Positions 5,862 to 10,106 of a stretch of DNA of 10,106 bases are shown here, piece by piece. Each line of letters starts with the position of its first letter. Position 1 is the stretch's first letter. The notes under the pieces were generated by a model. The model saw only the letters and a program-made list of their open reading frames with translations. It made no database searches and was not told where the DNA came from. The DNA comes from Candidatus Jordarchaeia archaeon (GTDB taxonomy: Archaea; Asgardarchaeota; Jordiarchaeia; Jordiarchaeales; Jordiarchaeaceae): NCBI GenBank assembly GCA_029856435.1, contig JAHQXB010000141.1:1-10106 (forward strand), given 5' to 3'. The position numbers and the translations under genes were made by a program.

Positions 5862-6476
5862 ATGACTCTTGAAGAAGGACAATTCTTGGTTAAACTGGCA
5901 CGTAGAGCCTTCGAAACTTACGTCAAAGAAAATGTAAAGATTGAGGTTCCTAAAGACACCCCAGCAAAGCTGCTTGAAAAGAGTGGTGTTTTTGTAACTC
6001 TCAGCACGGTTACCCCAACAGGAGAAAAACGTCTACGGGGATGTATAGGCTTTCCCCTGCCACACTTCCCTTTAGCCCAAGCAACCATCGAGGCGGCTAT
6101 TAGTTCTGCAACCATGGATCCCAGGTTTCCTCCTGTCACGGAAAGTGAGATAGATAATATAGTAGTTGAGGTCACCGTTTTGACGCCGCCAAACCTAATA
6201 GAAGTGGAGGATCCAAAGGAGTATCCTTCCAAGATTAAGGTGGGAAAACACGGTTTAATCATAGAAAGGGGACCCTACAAAGGTTTGCTCCTGCCCCAAG
6301 TTCCTGTAGACTGGAATTGGGACGAAGAAGAATTTCTTTGTGAATGCTGCATTAAGGCGGGTCTCTCGCCAGATGCGTGGTGTGACAAAAAAACAAAAGT
6401 CTACTGTTTTGAGGGAATCATCTATGAAGAAGAGAGCCCCCGTGGCAAGATAGTAGAGCGCCCTCTGATAAAATAG
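5862..6476 (+). CDS. AMMECR1-domain protein (TIGR00296-like)
   Basis: GVFVTL, LRGCIG, AISSATMDPRFPPV, VEVTVLTPP, GLLLPQV and CIKAGL motifs. Confidence 0.94.
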   Translation: MTLEEGQFLVKLARRAFETYVKENVKIEVPKDTPAKLLEKSGVFVTLSTVTPTGEKRLRGCIGFPLPHFPLAQATIEAAISSATMDPRFPPVTESEIDNIVVEVTVLTPPNLIEVEDPKEYPSKIKVGKHGLIIERGPYKGLLLPQVPVDWNWDEEEFLCECCIKAGLSPDAWCDKKTKVYCFEGIIYEEESPRGKIVERPLIK

Positions 6477-6498
6477 GGCATTTACTGGGGTTCTTAAA

Positions 6499-7686
6499 AT
6501 GAAAGTGTACTTTTCACCCAACGGTATGGCTCTTGGACATGCGGGTCGTTGTGTTCCTATTGCTAAGAAACTCGTAAACGATGGTGATGAGGTTCTCTTC
6601 TCGACTTACGGTGACGCGGTAAATTTTGTTAAGGCGGCAGGTATACCTGTAACCCGAGTGCCCAAGATGGGATTAGTTGAAAGTCTTGATGGAACTATTG
6701 AAATGCTTAGAACAAGCATTCGGTGGCCCAAATATGTTTGGATTTTTTTGAAACAGTACATATCTGAAATCAAGCTTTTAAGACGTTTCAAGCCAGATGT
6801 GGCTGTTTCTGATTCGCGTTTATCCACGGTCTTGGCTTGTTGGCTTCTGGGAATACCTTGCATTTTGTTGCTGCATCAAATTAAGTTGCTGGTACCCCAT
6901 AAGAAGCGCCTCAGCAAATTTAAGGAGAAACTAAAGCATTTTGCGGAATGGGTTATTCTTTATGTTACTCACCTGCTTTGGAATAGAAGTACTTCAATTC
7001 TTGTTCCAGACTTTCCACCTCCCTACACAATATTCAAATCTAGTCTTGAAGTTCCAGAGAAGCTTATGAGTAAGGTGAAATTTATTGGTCAAGTGATTGA
7101 AAGACCGCCACACCAGTTACCTAGTGAGAAAGAGTTGAAGAGCAAATTAGGGTTCGATAGTCGACCACTCATCTATGTTGGGATTTCAGGGACAAAGAAG
7201 GAGAGGGAGCTTCTGGCAATTAAGCTTGAAGAAATTTTCAGCCAGTTTCCTGCCAAGTATAATATTGTGATGACCCTGGGAAAACCAGATAAACCAGACA
7301 CCTTTATAGAAAAAAATAATCTGCGTATCTATAATTGGGTCACAGACAGATACTCTTTGATTAAGGCCTGCGACCTTTTGGTATCTAGGTCAGGGCATAA
7401 CACCTTAGCAGAGTCCATGTATTATGGCAAGCCATCAATTCTTATTCCAACACCTGCCCACACAGAGCATCAGGAAAATTCAAAGTCTGCGGAACGCATG
7501 GGCATCGCAAAAGTTATTCAACAAAACGAGTTATCAAAAGGTAAAATGTTAGATTGTGTGGAGGAGGTGCTGAATCATTCAAGGTATAGGAATCGTATAA
7601 AGCAGGTTCAGAAAAAAATTTCCAACTTGGACGCCGTACAAACCGTTATTGACCTAATACATCAATTAGGAAATAGAGAAAAATAA
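6499..7686 (+). CDS. GT-B fold glycosyltransferase, family 28 / MJ1255-like
   Basis: N-terminal G(MA)LGHAGR motif, PDVAVSD, and C-terminal SRSGHNTLAESMYYGKPSILIP..EHQENS sugar-nucleotide-binding segment. Substrate unknown. Confidence 0.85.
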   Translation: MKVYFSPNGMALGHAGRCVPIAKKLVNDGDEVLFSTYGDAVNFVKAAGIPVTRVPKMGLVESLDGTIEMLRTSIRWPKYVWIFLKQYISEIKLLRRFKPDVAVSDSRLSTVLACWLLGIPCILLLHQIKLLVPHKKRLSKFKEKLKHFAEWVILYVTHLLWNRSTSILVPDFPPPYTIFKSSLEVPEKLMSKVKFIGQVIERPPHQLPSEKELKSKLGFDSRPLIYVGISGTKKERELLAIKLEEIFSQFPAKYNIVMTLGKPDKPDTFIEKNNLRIYNWVTDRYSLIKACDLLVSRSGHNTLAESMYYGKPSILIPTPAHTEHQENSKSAERMGIAKVIQQNELSKGKMLDCVEEVLNHSRYRNRIKQVQKKISNLDAVQTVIDLIHQLGNREK

Positions 7687-7700
7687 ATTTTCGGGAGGTT

Positions 7701-8579
7701 ATGTCTCTGGTTATTGATAAATTGCTGGAGAGAAAAATGTTAGAGTTTCTGGAAGAAGACTTGGGAGGGGGGGACATTACTACAAATGCGCTCATTCCTG
7801 AAGAAATCATAGCTGAGGCGAGAATAATTTCCAAAAGAGAAGGCATAATTGCTGGTGTAGAGGAGGCAGGTATAATTTACAAACTTTTAAATGTGGATTT
7901 TAAACCTCTGGTTAAAGATGGGGAGAGAGTAGCTAAAGGTCAAACTGTGGCGGAGTTAAAAGGCTCTGCTAAATCTATTCTTCTTGGGGAGCGCACTGCT
8001 CTAAATATTATGATGCGTATGAGCGGCATTGCTACTGAAACCTCTAAAATTGTGGATCTGGCAAAAACAATTAACCCAAAACTCAGAATAGCCTGTACCC
8101 GCAAGACTACACCTGGATTCAGATATTTTGAGAAAAAGGCTGTGGCTCTGGGCGGAGGTGACACTCATCGTTTCCGTCTTGACGATATGGTTCTAATTAA
8201 AGATAACCATTTATATATAATAGGTGATGTTAGAAGGGCGGTATCTCAAGCCCGGTTAAGGAGTAGTTTCACCAAAAAAATAGAGGTGGAAGTTGTGGAC
8301 GCCGACCAAGCCTTTGAAGCAGCCGATGCCGGCGCAGATATAATAATGTTTGATAACATGTCCCCAGAGGAGATAAAAAAAGCACTGGAAATATTAGAGA
8401 AGAGGGGATTAAGAGAAAAGGTTCTAATTGAATTGTCTGGGGGAATCACTCCAGAAAATGTTGAAAAGTACATGGCTCTGGACGTGGACATTATATCTAT
8501 GGGCTATATAATTCACTCCATAAGAGCCCTAGATTTAAGCTTGGACTTAATTAGCACTAAATCCACTCCTGAAGCTTAG
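7701..8579 (+). CDS. nadC: Quinolinate phosphoribosyltransferase (nicotinate-nucleotide pyrophosphorylase, carboxylating)
   Basis: EDLGGGDITT, GERTALN, TRKTTPG, HRFRLDDMVLIKDNH, IEVEV, DIIMFDN, SGGIT and ISMG. Exact start uncertain: GGAGGT abuts ATG 7701, and ATG 7737 is an alternative. Confidence 0.96.
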   Translation: MSLVIDKLLERKMLEFLEEDLGGGDITTNALIPEEIIAEARIISKREGIIAGVEEAGIIYKLLNVDFKPLVKDGERVAKGQTVAELKGSAKSILLGERTALNIMMRMSGIATETSKIVDLAKTINPKLRIACTRKTTPGFRYFEKKAVALGGGDTHRFRLDDMVLIKDNHLYIIGDVRRAVSQARLRSSFTKKIEVEVVDADQAFEAADAGADIIMFDNMSPEEIKKALEILEKRGLREKVLIELSGGITPENVEKYMALDVDIISMGYIIHSIRALDLSLDLISTKSTPEA

Positions 8580-8593
8580 TTTTTCCATTTTTT
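8580..8593 (+). terminator. Putative oligo-U terminator after nadC
   Basis: TTTTTCCATTTTTT immediately follows the stop codon. Confidence 0.45.
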
Positions 8594-8844
8594 GAAAAGT
8601 CTGTCGTTGAGAAGAAGCCAACCTCAGATAAGTTTTCAGAATATGAGATTCAGGTAAATGAAATAATCAGTAATTGGGAAAAGCTACAAGAGGTGTTTAC
8701 GAATTTGCCGAAAGCGGAATAATTTTCCAGCCCTCTTTTACCCTTTTTTTCCACATATTTTAAAGCAATTAATGGTTTCTCTTTATACGGGTTGTTTTCT
8801 TCAAGCGTATATTCTCCAAAAATTGTATGTTGGGTGGCTGAAGA

Positions 8845-10056
8845 ATGCTTCAGAATAAGTTGGTTGAGTCTCCTGTTGAAATTCTTAATGAGTGGAAAAA
8901 GGCGGTGCTTGTGCGTTACGGGGAACTGTCACTTAAAAGTGAGCCTACCAGAAGTTTTATGGAAAACATTTTGATTAGAAACATAAAGTGGACACTTAAC
9001 AGGAAAAAAGTACCTTACGATAGTATCTCTCGGGAGAGAGGTAGAATCTTTTTGAGTAGCAATTCTCCCAGAATGGTGGGGCAAGCGCTCTCTAGTGTTT
9101 TTGGCGTTGTTTCTACAAGTCCTGTTCTGGTTACGTCCTCAGAAATGGATGAGATAATACGTCTCTCTGAAAGGGTAGCTGATGTTCTAATCAAACCCAA
9201 TGACAGCTTTGCAATACGTGCTAGGAGAGTGGGGACTCACAGCTTCACTTCCATTGATGTTGAGAAAAAGGTTGGAGAAGTAATTCTTGCTAGAACTAGG
9301 AATCTAAATACTAAGGTAAATCTGACCCAACCAGACAAATGCATCTTTATAGAGGTTAGAGAAAAAAAGACTTACATTTACCACGAAATCTTTCCAGGAC
9401 CAGGCGGCTTACCTTATAACAGTGAGGGGAAGATGGTTGCTCTCTTCTCGGGGGGCATAGACAGCCCAGTCGCAATGTGGTTGATGATGAAACGTGGATG
9501 TAAAGTAGTTCCTATATATTTTGACAACGCGCCATACACGGATGAATCTAACTATAACCGAGCAATGAGTGTAATCAAAATTCTAAGAGAATATGCTACT
9601 CAAGACGAATTCTATATTTATGTGGTTCCTCATGGTAAAACTCTCGAAAAGGCCATCACTCAGGCGCCTCGTAGGCTGACTTGCCTCCTCTGCAAAAGAG
9701 CCTTTTACCGGGTGGCTACTATTATAGCTGAAAAGGAGAACGCGAAAGGCATCGTCACGGGAGAGAGCTTGGGACAAGTAGCTAGCCAAACATTAGATAA
9801 CCTAATGGTTCTGAATGAAGCTACACATCTACCTGTATTCCGCCCCTTAATAGGTTTAGACAAATTAGAAATAGAGGGCATCGCCAAAAAAATCGGAACA
9901 TACGAAGCTTCCTGCATTAAAACTGCAAGCTGTTCAGCGGCACCAGATAAACCAAGAACAAAAGCAAAACTGGAAGAGGTAAAAAAGACAGAAGAAGAAC
10001 TCATGAACCTCATACAAGAAGAGAGTAATTTAGCCAAACGCATTTACATTGAATAG
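8845..10056 (+). CDS. thiI: tRNA 4-thiouridine(8) synthase ThiI, archaeal CXXC type without rhodanese domain
   Basis: VRYGELSLKS, THUMP domain (SFAIRARR...VNLTQPD), PP-loop SGGIDS, CLLC, TGESLGQVASQT and a downstream Cys in ASCSAAP. This matches the CXXC+C arrangement of Fe-S-dependent archaeal ThiI. Start could be later (GTG 8905). Confidence 0.95.
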   Translation: MLQNKLVESPVEILNEWKKAVLVRYGELSLKSEPTRSFMENILIRNIKWTLNRKKVPYDSISRERGRIFLSSNSPRMVGQALSSVFGVVSTSPVLVTSSEMDEIIRLSERVADVLIKPNDSFAIRARRVGTHSFTSIDVEKKVGEVILARTRNLNTKVNLTQPDKCIFIEVREKKTYIYHEIFPGPGGLPYNSEGKMVALFSGGIDSPVAMWLMMKRGCKVVPIYFDNAPYTDESNYNRAMSVIKILREYATQDEFYIYVVPHGKTLEKAITQAPRRLTCLLCKRAFYRVATIIAEKENAKGIVTGESLGQVASQTLDNLMVLNEATHLPVFRPLIGLDKLEIEGIAKKIGTYEASCIKTASCSAAPDKPRTKAKLEEVKKTEEELMNLIQEESNLAKRIYIE

Positions 10057-10106
10057 ATAAGCTTCGAGAGAGATTTGAACATAAAATAGGGGATATGCAT
10101 TTTTGA

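Noticed and set aside
2752-9789. Remaining short overlapping ORFs (2752-2994, 3845-4093, 4489-4785, 5918-6262, 6255-6521, 6606-6863, 7646-7846, 7940-8164, 8246-8491, 8792-8974, 9015-9200, 9583-9789; also 9705-10043)
   Set aside because: All overlap well-supported genes in another frame or strand and show no family motifs.

Overview
Archaeal housekeeping locus. The evidence is rpS6e, a short aIF5B-type IF2, a CXXC-type ThiI, and TATA and GGAGG signals; the exact lineage cannot be fixed from the sequence. Gene order: rtcB (minus strand), then divergently infB/aIF5B, rps6e, a Mut7-C RNase-domain protein, AMMECR1, a GT28/MJ1255-like glycosyltransferase, nadC and thiI. Main result: the apparently split rtcB (ORFs 1571-1792 and 299-1555) is best read as one gene interrupted by a 30-nt intron at 1547-1576 on the minus strand. 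The intron contains an in-frame UGA and is bounded by a bulge-helix-bulge (BHB) motif. Cutting at the canonical EndA positions rejoins CCC GAC | GCA CAU and exactly restores the RtcB motif L-P-D-A-H-Q-G-Y-G-F-P-I-G-G (about 484-487 aa). The tRNA-splicing ligase therefore appears to need tRNA-type splicing of its own mRNA, which would be a candidate self-regulating circuit. Secondary observations: a repeated ATAAGTT motif and a palindrome in the rtcB promoter, an abrupt G+T/A+C strand-skew flip inside rtcB, and a 25-bp inverted repeat at the left edge. No tRNA, rRNA, CRISPR array or transposase was seen.
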